DNA of 64,000 bases, from the NCBI GenBank assembly GCA_030390025.1, contig CM059433.1:19780001-19844000 (forward strand), written 5' to 3'. This document shows positions 12,995-24,375 of the stretch, in pieces (within the stretch, counting starts at the first letter, position 1; the number at the start of each line of letters is the position of its first letter). The notes beneath the pieces were generated by a model. That model made no database searches and was not told where the DNA came from. It saw only the letters and a list, made by a program, of their open reading frames with translations. The stretch comes from Squalus acanthias (Eukaryota). The position numbers and the translations under genes were made by a program.

Positions 12995-15150
12995 TCAACA
13001 ACAACTTGTATTTATATAGCACCTTTAATGTAGTAAAACATCCCAAGGCGCTTCACAGGAGTATTAAAAGACAAAATATTTGACACCGAGCCACATAAGG
13101 ATAAATTAGGGCAGGTGACAAAAAGCTTGGTCAAAGAGGTAGGTTTTAAGGAGCGTCGTAAAGGAGGAAAGAGAGGTAGCGAGACGGAGAGGTTTAGGCA
13201 GGGAATTCCAGAGCTTAGGGCCTCGGCAACAGAAGGCACGGCCACCAATGGTTGAGCGATTATAATCAGTGATGCTCAAGAGGGCAGAATTAGAGGAGCG
13301 CAGATATCTCGGGGGGTTGTGGGGCTGAAGGAGATTACAGATAGGAAGGGGCGAGGCCATGGAGGGATTTGAAAACAAGGATGAGAATATTGAAATCGAG
13401 GCGTTGCTTAACCGGGAGCCGATGTAGTTCAGCGAGCAGAGGGGTGATGGGTGAACGGGACTTGGTGCGAGTTAGGATACGGGTGGCCGAGTTTTGGATC
13501 CCCTCAAGTTTACGTAGGGTAGAATGTGGGAGGCCAGCCAGGAGTGCGTTGGAATATTCAAGTCTAGAGGTAACAAAGGCATGGATGAGGGCTTCAGCAG
13601 TGGATGAGCTGAGGCAAGGGCGGAGACGGGCGATGTTACTGAGGTGGAAATAGGCAGTCTTAGTTATGCTGCGGATATGTGGTCGGAAGCTCATTTCAGG
13701 GTCAAATATGACACCAAGGTTGCGATCAGTGTGGTTCAGCCTCAGACAGATGTTAGGGAGAGGGATGGAGTCAATGGCTAGGAAACGGAGTTTGTGGCGG
13801 GGGACCGAAAACAATGACTTCGGACTTCCCAATATTTAATTGGAGAAAATTTCTGCTCATCCAGAACTGGGTGTCGGACAAGCAGTGTGACAATTTAGGC
13901 ACCGTGGAGGGGTAGAGAGAAGTGGTGGTGAGGTAGAGCTGGGTGTCGTCAGCATACATGTGGAAACTGACGCTGTGTTTTCGGATGATGTCGCCAAGGG
14001 GCAACATGTAGATGAGAAATAGGAGGGGGCCAAGGATAGATCCTTAGGGGACACCAGAGGGAACGATGCGGGAGCGGGAAGAGAAGCCGTTGCAGGTGAT
14101 TCTCTGGTTGCGATTAGATAGATAAGAATGGAACCAGGCGAGTGCAGTCCCACCCAGCTGGACGACGGTGGAGAGGCGTTGGAGAATGATGGAGTGGTCA
14201 ACCATGTCAAAGGCTGCAGACAAATCAAGACGGACGAGGAGGGATAGTTTACCTTTGTCACAGTCACAAAGGATGTCATTTATGACTTTGATGAGAGCCG
14301 TTTCGTTACTGTGGCAAGGGCAGAAACCTGATTGGAGGGATTCAAACATGGAGTTGCGGGAAAGATGGATTTGGGAGGCACAACACGTTCAAGGACTTTG
14401 GAGAGGAAAGGGAGGTTGGAGATGGGGCAGTAGTTTGCAAGGACGGAGGGGTCAAGGGTTGGTTTTTTGAGGACAGGGGTGATGACGGCAGATTTGAGAG
14501 AGAGGAGGACAGCACCTGAGGAGAGAGAACCGTTAACAATGTCAGCTAACATGGGAGCCAGAAAAGAAATTGGGTGGTCAGCAGTTTGGTGGGAATAGGG
14601 TCGAGGAGCAGGAAGTGGGTATCATGGACAAGATGAGGTCATGAGTGGAGATCAGAGAGAAACTGGAGAAAGATGTGAGTTCAGGGCTAGGGCAGGGGAA
14701 GTTTGGCCCGGTTGCCTAGGGGAAGGAAGGGAAGTGGCAGAGGCAGCTGAACGGATGGTCTCAATCTTAGAGACAAAGTCCATGAGCTCCTCACACTTGT
14801 TGTCGGAGGTGAGGGTGAAGGAGACAGGGAGAGGGGTTTAAGAAGACAGTTAGCAGCAGAGAATAGGAGCTGGGATTTATCTTTGCATTCCAGAATGATT
14901 TTGGAATAGTGAGCAATTGTGGCAGACGAGAGCAGGACCCGATAATGCTTTATGTGGTCCTGCCAGATCTGGCGATGAATGGCTAAACCAGTTGTCCGTC
15001 ATATCCGTTCAGGTCTGCGTCCTTTAGACTTAAAGGAGTGAAGATGAGGGCCGTACCAGGGGGAATGGCCAGAGTGAGAGAGAGTAATTGTATTAATAGG
15101 GACTAGGGCATCAAAGGTGCTGTTGAGGGTGTGGTTGAACAGATCGGTAG
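12995..15150 (-). mobile_element. L2-clade LINE, 5'-truncated RT pseudogene
   Basis: QSGF...HSNETAL, LDLSAAFD, MYADDTQLY, RNLGVIFD, LIHAFVTSRLEYSN; (ttg)n tail at 12995-13005. Confidence 0.95.
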
Positions 15151-16580
15151 CTGCATTATTATTTCATAATAACATGATAAAACTTAGCCATTAAATTGTT
15201 TTAATTGTATCTGTTAAAGACTTCATTTAAGTTTTCACTTAAAGGCCTCAGCCTCTCCCAAAAGCCTGGGCTTGGAGTAAATATTTTTGCCTGGACCTGT
15301 GACTCTGAGTTGAATTTGGATTATGTAGTCTGAGCATGTGTCGTGCACCTATTTTCCCAGAATGTATCGGTACCATTCACACAGCTGCACTGATATAATA
15401 ATTTTTCTTCAGCTTCTTACACTTTCTGCCCAGTAACTATGCTTCAAATAATTTTGTAAAACACAAATGTTAAAAGATTAATTGAGGTAGAATTTATATT
15501 GGGTGTTTTTAAAAAAAAAGGCTGTGTGAGAATAAATGACTAATTACATGCCTGTCAAAGCTTTTCTTTTATATGCTCTATAAACTTCAGAAACCATCGT
15601 TAAGCTGCGAAAGAGAGAGAGGGATTGAGAGAGAAAAAGACTAAACGTGGTCTCGACTCTCCATATTCAGAGCTACAGGAGATAAACTAGCAATATATTA
15701 AATAATCTTACATCTGTGTACACTTTCTGTCGACCTTTTTCATTATAAATTCTTATATCCACATTTATATTGAAAACTGTCTGTGTGAACGTGACACCTT
15801 TATGCCTGCTAGGCGCTGTAGACTGAGAGGGAGTAATTACACTGTGACACGCTTACATAGGAAGTTTCCATTATAAATGAGGACATCGACATTTATAATG
15901 AAAATACATAAAAATCAGGACAGAATGTATGACTTTAAAATGGGGACTGAATTTTATTTGCATGTCCTATCCCATTATCTCCCACCCTCTTAACCCAATC
16001 ACCTGAAAACTGCACTTCAGTGTGGACAGCTCCCCCATATCCCCCGCCCCTTTTTTCAGGACTGTATAATGCTCTAATTGAATAATGAGGAGTAATTTGA
16101 AATCACCTTGTTGAAGTGATGGTGACGAGAGAGGCCTCGACTTCTGTTGTGCAATGCTATGGAAGATTGACTAATATTTATATACCATATATATAATTTT
16201 CCTCCCATCACCCCTGAAGGTATTGATTCATGCTGGGCTTTGTTTTCACAGGCGTGCTGACAGTCTTGTCATCATCTGCGAGCCTAGACCATAAGTGCCA
16301 GCAGGCTATTTAAGCACAAAATCATAGTTACGCCCAATTCTGTCCTCACACGTTGTGTGAAAAAGTGCACTTTCAGCCGGGGTCTCTGGATCACAGTCAG
16401 CAGCAGGAACCCTGGTTCCTTGCATACCACCTGCCGCCTCCCCCTCACAACTTGGGCTGTTGGAACCAATTGCAGCAAAGCTAAAACAAAAGCGAAATAC
16501 TGCGGATGCTGGAAATCTGAAATAAAGACAGAAAATGCTGGAAATACTCAGCAGGTCAGGCAGCATCCTGAGAGAAACTG

Positions 16581-16617
16581 AGTTAACATTTCAGGTCGAT
16601 GACCTTTCGTCAGAACT
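16581..16617 (-). ncRNA. Minimal type I hammerhead ribozyme motif (PLE family B)
   Basis: agtt-CTGACGA-a-aggtc atc gacct-GAAA-tg-TT-aact: stem I agtt/aact, 5-bp stem II; the stem III tetramer is ATGT, probably CpG decay of palindromic ACGT. Confidence 0.75.
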
Positions 16618-16639
16618 GTTGTATGTATTAATACATATA

Positions 16640-17025
16640 CAGGAAACTCTCGTTTAAACGGCACCTAAATATCTGGAATTCTCTATTAACCGGCAAAATT
16701 CAGGAGTAGGTTCAGGTAAGTTTTACTGTATATTAGAGGCCGTGTAACCGGGGTTCCTGCACCTGTGGCCGTGTAACAGGGACTCCTGGATCTGTGGCCG
16801 TGTAACCGGGGTTCCTGTACAAGTGGCCGTGTAACCGGGGCTCCTGGATCTGTGGCCGTGTAACCGGGGTTCCTGTACAAGTGGCCGTGTAACCGGGGCT
16901 CCTGCACCTGTGGCTGTGTAACGGGGCTCTCGTACCTTGGTAGGTATACATCTCCGTTATCCGGAATTTTTAATAAGCCGGCACCATCCCGGTCCCGTAG
17001 GTGCCGGATACCAAAGAGTTTCCTG
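16640..17025. mobile_element. Tc1/mariner (Tigger-like) MITE
   Basis: TIR caggaaactct...cggcaccta / taggtgccg...agagtttcctg; TA at 16638-16639 and 17026-17027. Confidence 0.8.
16738..16935. repeat. 29-bp minisatellite, 6 full units plus one partial
   Basis: Consensus ggccgtgtaaccgggg(t/c)tcctg....gt; units start at 16738, 16767, 16796, 16825, 16854, 16883, 16912. Confidence 0.95.
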
Positions 17026-17029
17026 TATT

Positions 17030-17482
17030 GTGTGTCAGCCAGTGGCTCAGTTGCTAGCACCCTCGCCTCTGAGTCAGAAGGTTGTGGGTTTAAGTCCCAC
17101 TCCAGAGACTTCAGCACAAAAATCTAGGCTGACACTCCAGTGTAGCACAGTCTGAGATGCCATCTTTCGGATGAGATGTTAAATCAAGGTCCCGTCTGCT
17201 CTCTCAGGTGGATATAAAAGATCCCATGGCACTATTTCGAAGAAGAGCAGGAGTTCTCCCTGGTGTCCTGGCCAATATTTATCCCTCAATCAACATCACT
17301 AAAACAGATTATCTGGTCATTATCACATTGCTATTTTGTGGGAGCTCGCTGTGTGCAATTTGGCTGCTGCGTTTCCTACATTACAGCAGTGACTACACTT
17401 CAAACAATACTTCATTGGCTGTAAAGCGCTTTGGGACGTCTGGTGGTCGTGAAAGGCACTACATAAATGCAAGCCTTTCTTT
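17030..17482 (+). mobile_element. DeuSINE (SacSINE1-like)
   Basis: Collinear with 11325-11780. Confidence 0.85.
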
Positions 17483-18195
17483 TCAATTTTAGAATGTTTC
17501 TATGCTCCTACAATTATTCTTTCTGGATGAACCAGTTGAACCTTTTCAAAACAGTTTTGATGAAAGGTCAACGACCTGAAAGGTTAAGAACATAAGAACA
17601 TAAGAAATAGGAGCAGGAGTAGGCCATTCGGCCCTTCGCGCCTGCTCCGCCATTCAATGAGATCATGGCTGATCTTCTGCCTCAACTCCATTCACCGGCC
17701 CTATCGCCATATCCCTTGATGCCCTTACTAGTCAGAAATCTATCGACTTCTGTTTTGAATATACCCAATGACTGAGCCTGCACAGCCCTCTGGGGTAGAG
17801 AATTGCAAAGATTCACCACCCTCTGTGTGAAGAAATGTCTTCTCATCTCAGTCCTGAATGGCCTACCCTTTATCTTGAGGCTGTGGCCCCTGGTTCTAGA
17901 CTCCCCAGCTAAGGGAAACATTCTCCCAGCATCCATCCTATCAAGCCCTGTAATAATTTTGTATGCTTCAATAAGATCCCCTCTCATTCTTCTGAATTCA
18001 AGAGAATACAGGCCTAGTTTACTCAATCTCATACGACAGTCCCGCCATCCCAGGAATCAATCTCGTGAACCTTCGTTGCACTCCCTCTATGGCAAGTATA
18101 TCCTTCATGATGCGGAGATGCCGGTGTTGGACTGGGGTGGACAAAATTGAGAGGTCGCACAACACCAGGTTATAGTCCAACAGTTTTATTTGAAA

Positions 18196-18237
18196 TCACA
18201 AGCTTTCGGAGCTATCGATCGCCCCTTCCTCAGGTGA
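18196..18237 (-). ncRNA. Minimal type I hammerhead ribozyme motif (PLE family A), minus-strand copy
   Basis: Exact reverse complement of 18247-18288. Confidence 0.8.
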
Positions 18238-18246
18238 AGTACTACT

Positions 18247-18288
18247 TCACCTGAGGAAGGGGCGATCGATAGCTCCGAAAGCTTGTGA
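18247..18288 (+). ncRNA. Minimal type I hammerhead ribozyme motif (PLE family A)
   Basis: tcac-CTGAGGA-a-ggggc gatcgata gctcc-GAAA-gc-TT-gtga: intact CUGANGA/GAAA core, stem I tcac/gtga, palindromic AGCU stem III; AATAAA follows. Confidence 0.8.
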
Positions 18289-21200
18289 TTTCAAATAAAA
18301 CTGTTGGACTATAACCTGGTGTTGTGCGACCTCTCAAGTATATCCTTCCCTAGGTAAGGAGACCAAAAGTGTACACAGTACTCCAGGTGTGGTCTCACCA
18401 AGGTCTTATATAATTGGAGTAAGACGTCTTTACTCCTGTACTCAAATCCTCTTGTAATGAAGGCCAGCATACCATTAACCCTGTTTCTCTCTCCACTGAT
18501 GCTGCCTGACCTGCTGAGTGTTTCCAGCATTTTCTGTTTTTATTGCAGCAAAACTAAGGTTGTCCCAGCTAACATCAGGCCTGGAATCAAAACTGGGACC
18601 TGTATGGTTCAATGTTATACAACACAGTGCATTTACCATTTCGGCCATCCTGGGAGTGTGCGGGAGTGCGTGCATGCGTCAGAGTTCACCCAGCCTGGGC
18701 TGAAGCCGACTCTTCTTGAATTTTCAATGGCGAGTGACAGCTGATATAAGACGTGACTCGAAGATTGTGAGTCTGTCTATTCTCCTCGTCAGAATCTTAA
18801 AAAGAGTTGATACTTGAGGTAGGAAAGTATATGGGGAGGTGCCAGCTTCAGATTGCACAGTCATTGCCTGAACTGTTCCAGAGGTAATATAATTGTACGT
18901 TTTACAGGTTCCTTCACTTGTTTGTCAAGATCACCGTGAATTTATGATTTCATATCAGATGCACAACACCACAGGCAGATTGGGCCGACATTAATCTGAA
19001 GTCAGTGCAACCCGCAAAATGAATCCAGTATTTTGAATAGTATATTCATTCCACAGTTTGTCGTTAAAAAGGAAATGCCATATGTGTGGGTCAGGTCCAT
19101 TATTCATTGTTTTCTGCAGTCAATCTTGTAGCTGCTATTTTGGTTGAATGTGGTGATGTTCTTCGACTCTGTGCAGGTTGAAGTACTGCATGTGCTTCTT
19201 GTCGTACTAGTTATTTGTGACACTTGTGTGACATGGGTTTGGAGGAACAGATTTCCTAACATGCTAAAGTTTATGTATTCAATTTTAGAATGTTTCTGTG
19301 CTCCTACAATGATTGTTTCTGGATGAACCAGTTGAACCTCTTAAAAATGCTGCTCAGCAGAGCTCAATAAGAAATCACAGTCATCAGGATAGAGAATGAT
19401 TCACAATGTGTCACAGAATGTATAAATTATTCTACAACAGTTCCAACAGACTTGGTTAATTGCCAATTGATACAGCACTGTATGAGTTGTCTTGCTTATT
19501 ATGTGTGGTTTTTTTTAAACCACTGTATTTATTGTACTTCGTATTCCTCTGTTTCCTGGTGAAGTTTCTATGCGGTTGCCTGTGCCATTTTGTACATACC
19601 ACTGCTGCTGCTATGATACCCCAGCAGTACGCAGACTGTGACTTAGCTAACAGGAGGCAGCCAAGCAACGACTCCTGCTCCCCTGTTTGCCTCAAAAACA
19701 AATGTGCTCAATTTTACAGTTTCAAAAACGAATTCTTTCCTGAATGGAGGTTTGAGCTTCGCAGTATAAAATTCTGCAAGCGTCGCACTGAGATGGTAAA
19801 CAAATTACTAGCTGGCGACTCCCTGTGGTGAAAAAGTACATGGCAGCTGATCTTTTTGAAAAAAAATATACTTGCGGAAATAGCAAAGATGCAAACAAAT
19901 CGTGTTGGGAAGGCTGGATTCTGACTCAAGCTGGCAAGGCCTAATTGCACTCTGGCTCTAGATATGTTGCTTGGAGTTTGAGAAGATTTCTTATATCAGC
20001 TATTTTTAATGAAGTTGTAAATGCATTTTCTTAGAACAGTTTTATGATTTTGCTAGAAATCTATATCTGCGTTGTCACCAGCCCATAGCAACCAGGGGGA
20101 ATTTTCCCCATTGTGGGGGAACTGGATGGAAAAATATGTTAGAACATTGCCTTTTTTGCTCGCTTTCTGCGATTGATTCCAGTCCAGATAGAACTGAAAA
20201 TTGTTTCCCTAATTGGACCTTTTAGAAGTGGTTAAGAAATCCTGTGGTATATGACACAAATTTAGCCATTTCGCTGCTAATAGAGAGAGTGTGGGAAGTT
20301 GCGATGTCCAACTGATCCATTAGGATGTGATTTCTTTTTACATTTTGTGGCCTAACACTAAGGTGCAGCTAAGAAGGACAGATTCCTTATTAACCTTTAG
20401 CTTTTGTGGTTGCTAGGAGCAGAGAAAAAGTTCAGGGACTTGTACTGCGGCATCAACAAGCAAGTCAAATTTCTCTTGGAGCCTGTTCCAGCATCCCTTG
20501 GCTCTTCCAAGGCGAATACTGAGGCAGGTTTAAGAGAGAATGTGCACCTTAAAGGCCACTGAAATCACAAGGAGGAAGAGCGTCACAGCACTGTTACATG
20601 CAAATACTGCCCTGTGCCCTATTGTAATGCCAGCAAATAACATGTTTACCGAGTTGAGTAAAAGTCCAAAACGTGTCTTTCGCCTTCCTTTCCTTTTTTT
20701 AAAAAAAAAAATCAATTCGAGGTAAGTCGTGCAGCGTGATCAGAAATTCCATAATTTAAAAGTGTTTGTTGCGTTTTACCCGGGTCAGTAATCACTTTGG
20801 GCGCAGGACTGGTTGATGGCAGGAAGCAGGCCTCCTGCCTGCCCTCTCAGCCAGAGATGGTACGTGGCACGAGGCAACCCGGGCAAGTGAGAAAGGGAAA
20901 GAAAAACCTCTCGGCGCAAAGCACAAGGAGTTTAACAGGGAAGCTTTCAGGCCGGCTAATTCACAGCAGCAAAAAGGAAACCGTTCTGTTACGTGTCTTG
21001 ATTTATAACCAGGCATCATGAATGTTTCAAGTTGTTAAGTTTCCAGTGCTGAGTGCTGAACCTCCTCTTCCACCTCCTCAAAATCCCTCTTCTAACTATC
21101 AATCTGAGCTGCAGTTACACAAGTCGCCTTCGTGGTTGTTATGCTGCGCAACATCACCTTTTTGCAAATATATGTGGTAGACTTTCTTGGGATTGAAAGG

Positions 21201-22047
21201 TGAAATTGATCGTTAAGATGGAAACGTGTCCTAAAAGCCACAAAGCATTGGTAACTTAATGAGTTGTCTGATGTGCCTGATTTAAGTTGTTTTTGGCTAA
21301 GAGCCTGGGGTTTTAACACAGGAGTCAGAGCTTCAGGTCGTAAACTTCCATTACTTTCAGAAAAGAATAAAATCATCATAACTTCACAAGTCATCCAGAC
21401 GAAAGTCAGAAAGTGAGGTAACAGTTACCAAGCAACTGGCCATTTGCAAAGATTACTCTCAAAGAATCTGGGTAAGGGGAATATGGAGAGAGAACCTGTA
21501 TGAACATTGGAAGGAGTAGGTTAAAATTATATTGACATGGGACTCACACAGGACATGAGTCAGTGTAAGATGAAAACGGAATGCTGGAAATCTGAAATTA
21601 AAATGCTGGAAATGCACAGCCGGTCAGGCAAGAGAGAAAGTACAGATTCATGTGTGAAATAGTGCAGCTCAACGTGAATCAGGAGCTATGCTATAGTGTG
21701 ATGGTTCAATTCTGACAGGAAATAAGTGCGACAGGAAGTGTGACACAGCAAGTGCACGCTATACACACATTTTGTATATTCTATATCTTTATATATTCTA
21801 TTTGCTTTTCCAAGTCACAAATGACAAAGGAGGATACATTCAGCTCCAGTTATATTTTTACAGGATTAGTAGCAAATTCACAATAGAGCAATGGAAATAT
21901 TGGTGAGTGGATAATCAATTGTTGGGAATCAACTGTCACAGGGTAAGTGTGGCTTAAGAGTCATTAGCCTGTTCCAGAACACCTCTCCAAAGGCCTGAGC
22001 CTAAAGGGTGTGACCCGACTACATATAGTTGTGCTCACAGACTCATT

Positions 22048-22588
22048 AGGGTCGATTTAATTTCAGGGGCACAATGGGCGGTCGGTGGGTAGAAGCCCAT
22101 TTATCTCATGATGACAGCAAGCTACGGGTTCCAAACCAGCACTCCAAGGAAGCTGCTCAGTGAGAGGATATTGTCTGCCTCCTACACGAAGACTGCTGAA
22201 AGTCAAAACCCAGGGACGGGGAAGGTGACCGGTGGGGTGGGGCTCCCTTCTAAGGGCTGGCAGCAGGCCGGAGGATTTTTGTGGGTCCAGGAGTAAACGT
22301 TAAAGATGTCTTTGGCCGTTTTTTGAGTAGCCTCCAGCGGTCCCTTTAAGGGCTCAATACCGTACAAATGGGCGGAGCATCGGTGGTGCGCACTCCTCCC
22401 GTTTGTACCTCAGATTTACACGTGGCTTCCAGTGTGAAACGGACCAGTGCGCCGGCTGCTCTTCTCAGAGCCCGACCCAAGATGGCGGCTGCTAGCGCGC
22501 CAGCGTAAGCAGTGTCGTATTTTCAGGCAATACTTTCAGGTATTTTCAACTGCATTTTCACCAGGCAGAAACAATTAAAATTAACCCC
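22048..22588. mobile_element. Harbinger-like MITE, degenerate
   Basis: Imperfect TIR gggtcgatttaatt / aattaaaattaacccc; GC-rich body. Confidence 0.5.
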
Positions 22589-22654
22589 TTTTGTTCGCCC
22601 GGAATTGCCGTATAAAAATGCACAACTGCACCAAAATATAAACCATTGTAAACT

Positions 22655-24375
22655 TAATAGAATCATACAGCACAGAAGGAGACCATTCAGACCATCATGC
22701 CTGTGCCGGCCCTTTGAAAGAGCGATCCAATTAATCCCAGTACCCTGCTCTTTGCCCATAGCCCTGCAAATAATACCTTGTCAAATATCTATCCAATTCC
22801 CTTTTGAAAGTTACTATTGAATCTACTTCCACCCCCCTTTCAGGCAGTACATTCCAGATCACAACGACTCGCTGCGTAAAAAAAATTCCCCTCACCTCTC
22901 GCCTGGTTCTTTTGCCACTACCTTAAATCTGTGTCCTCTGGTTACCGACCCTCCTGCCAGTGGAAACAGTATCTCCTTATTTACTCTTATCAAAACCCCT
23001 CATAATTTTGAACACCTCAATTAAACCTCCCCTTAACCTTCTCTGCTCTAAGGAGAACAATCCCAGCTTCTCTAGTCTCTCCACATAACTGAAGTCCCTC
23101 ATCGCTGGTACCATTCTAGTAAATCTCCTCTGCACCCTTGACATCCTTCCTAAAGTGTGGTGCCCAGAGTTGGATACAATACTTCAGCTGAGGCCTAACC
23201 AGTGATTTATAAAGGTTTACGTAACTTCTTTGCTTTTGTATTCTGTGCCTCTATTTATAAGAACATAAGAACATAAGAATTAGGAGCAGGAGTAGCCCAT
23301 TCAGTCCTTCGAGCCTGCTCCGCCATTCAATAATATCATGGCTGATCTTTGACCTCAACTCCACTTTCCCGCCCGATCCCCATATCCCTTGATCCCACTA
23401 GAGTCCAAAAAGCTATCTATCTTTTTGAATATGCTCAACAACTGAACATCCACAGCCCTTTAGGGTTGAGAATTCTATGGGGGAAAAATTGAGTCGTGCC
23501 CCCTTTGGGGCGCTAACTTCGCCGGGGCGCTACCCTGAAAAAATTAGCGCCCCTGCAGCCAAAATTGAGTGGTAGCGCCACAAGAGTGCTACTGGAAGCA
23601 CCCCGCCTCCCTCGTGGGGCGCTGCGAAGGAATATCGTGGCGCAACGTGCATCACGCCATGGTATTGCAGGCCTTCCTCCCCTTCTTAAAGGGGAGGGGC
23701 CTTGTGCAGCGTGACCTGGGGCCCAGCTGGGCCACCGGAGATCGGAGTGCCGGCAAAAGAGCCCGGCACTCAAGAGAAGTGCCGGGCTCACGGAGCGCAG
23801 CCGGCAGTCCGCGGGGGGGCTTCACAGAAGGCCGGGGATGGCAAAGCGGGCAGGTGCTGGCAGGCGGCCAGCAGCAAAAATGGCCACCCGGCACCTTGCC
23901 TTTAGTTAGCGCCGCCGCGGCCGTAGGTAGCCCCCGCTGACCCCGTCGGACATAGCGCCCGGCGGTAAGTCAGGGGGCGCTACCGAAAATCGCAGCCGGG
24001 GCGCAAGCGGGGCGCTGCGCACGGCGATGATGTCATCGCCGGCGGCGCAGCGCCGCGGGGCGCTAACGGTTACCGCCGCCGCTAACCTCTTAGGGCGCTA
24101 ACGGGAGGCGCAAAGCAACTGAACTTTTCCCCCTATATATATAAAAAAAAGTTAAAATTAAAATAATTATAAAGCAAAGGATCCCGTATGCTTTTTTAAC
24201 AGCCTTATCTACTTGTCCTGCCATCTTCAAAGATTTCTGTGCGTACACCCCCAGGACTCTGTGTTCCTGCACCCACTTTAAAATTGTACCATTTAGTTTA
24301 TATTGCCTCTCCTCATCCTTCCTTCCAAAATGCATCACTTCACATTCTTTGCTTTAAATTCATCTGCCATGTGTT
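22655..24375 (-). mobile_element. CR1 LINE fragment with a nested second CR1 3' end (23260-23476) and a MITE
   Basis: Antisense CR1 ORF2 sequence at 22655-23259 resumes at about 24168 (MMHFGRKDEERQYKLNG). Confidence 0.85.
23479..24133. mobile_element. GC-rich Harbinger-type MITE
   Basis: TIR gggggaaaaattgagt / actgaacttttccccc; TSD tat/tat; homologous to 60997-61673 in opposite orientation. Confidence 0.85.

Larger units (their letters stand above)
18107..18334 (-). mobile_element. Penelope family A palindromic mini-element
   Basis: Perfect 95-bp arms 18147-18241 / 18243-18337, 40-nt unpaired tail 18107-18146, perfect 14-bp TSD caagtatatccttc (18093-18106, 18335-18348). Confidence 0.9.
17588..18474 (-). 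mobile_element. CR1 LINE 3' fragment, itself interrupted at 18107-18334
   Basis: ORFs 17682..18032(-) and 18309..18530(-); (aacataag)n tail; ttaa at both junctions (17584-17587, 18475-18478). Confidence 0.9.
16485..18541 (-). mobile_element. Penelope family B inverted-terminal-repeat insertion, with later nested elements
   Basis: Left arm 16485-16617 (with tail); right arm 17553-17587 plus 18475-18541 (inverted, no tail); 16-bp TSD attgcagcaaagctaa 16469-16484 / attgcagcaaaactaa 18542-18557. Confidence 0.8.
16200..18645 (-). mobile_element. Old SINE-like repeat split by the 16485-18541 insertion (parts about 16200-16484 and 18542-18645)
   Basis: Antisense similarity to the repeat at 34685-34915; sequence resumes after the duplicated target site. 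Confidence 0.55.

Noticed and set aside
16738..16935. Regularly spaced repeats resembling a CRISPR array
   Set aside because: Units are contiguous 29-mers with recurring variants and no unique spacers; no cas genes; eukaryotic MITE context
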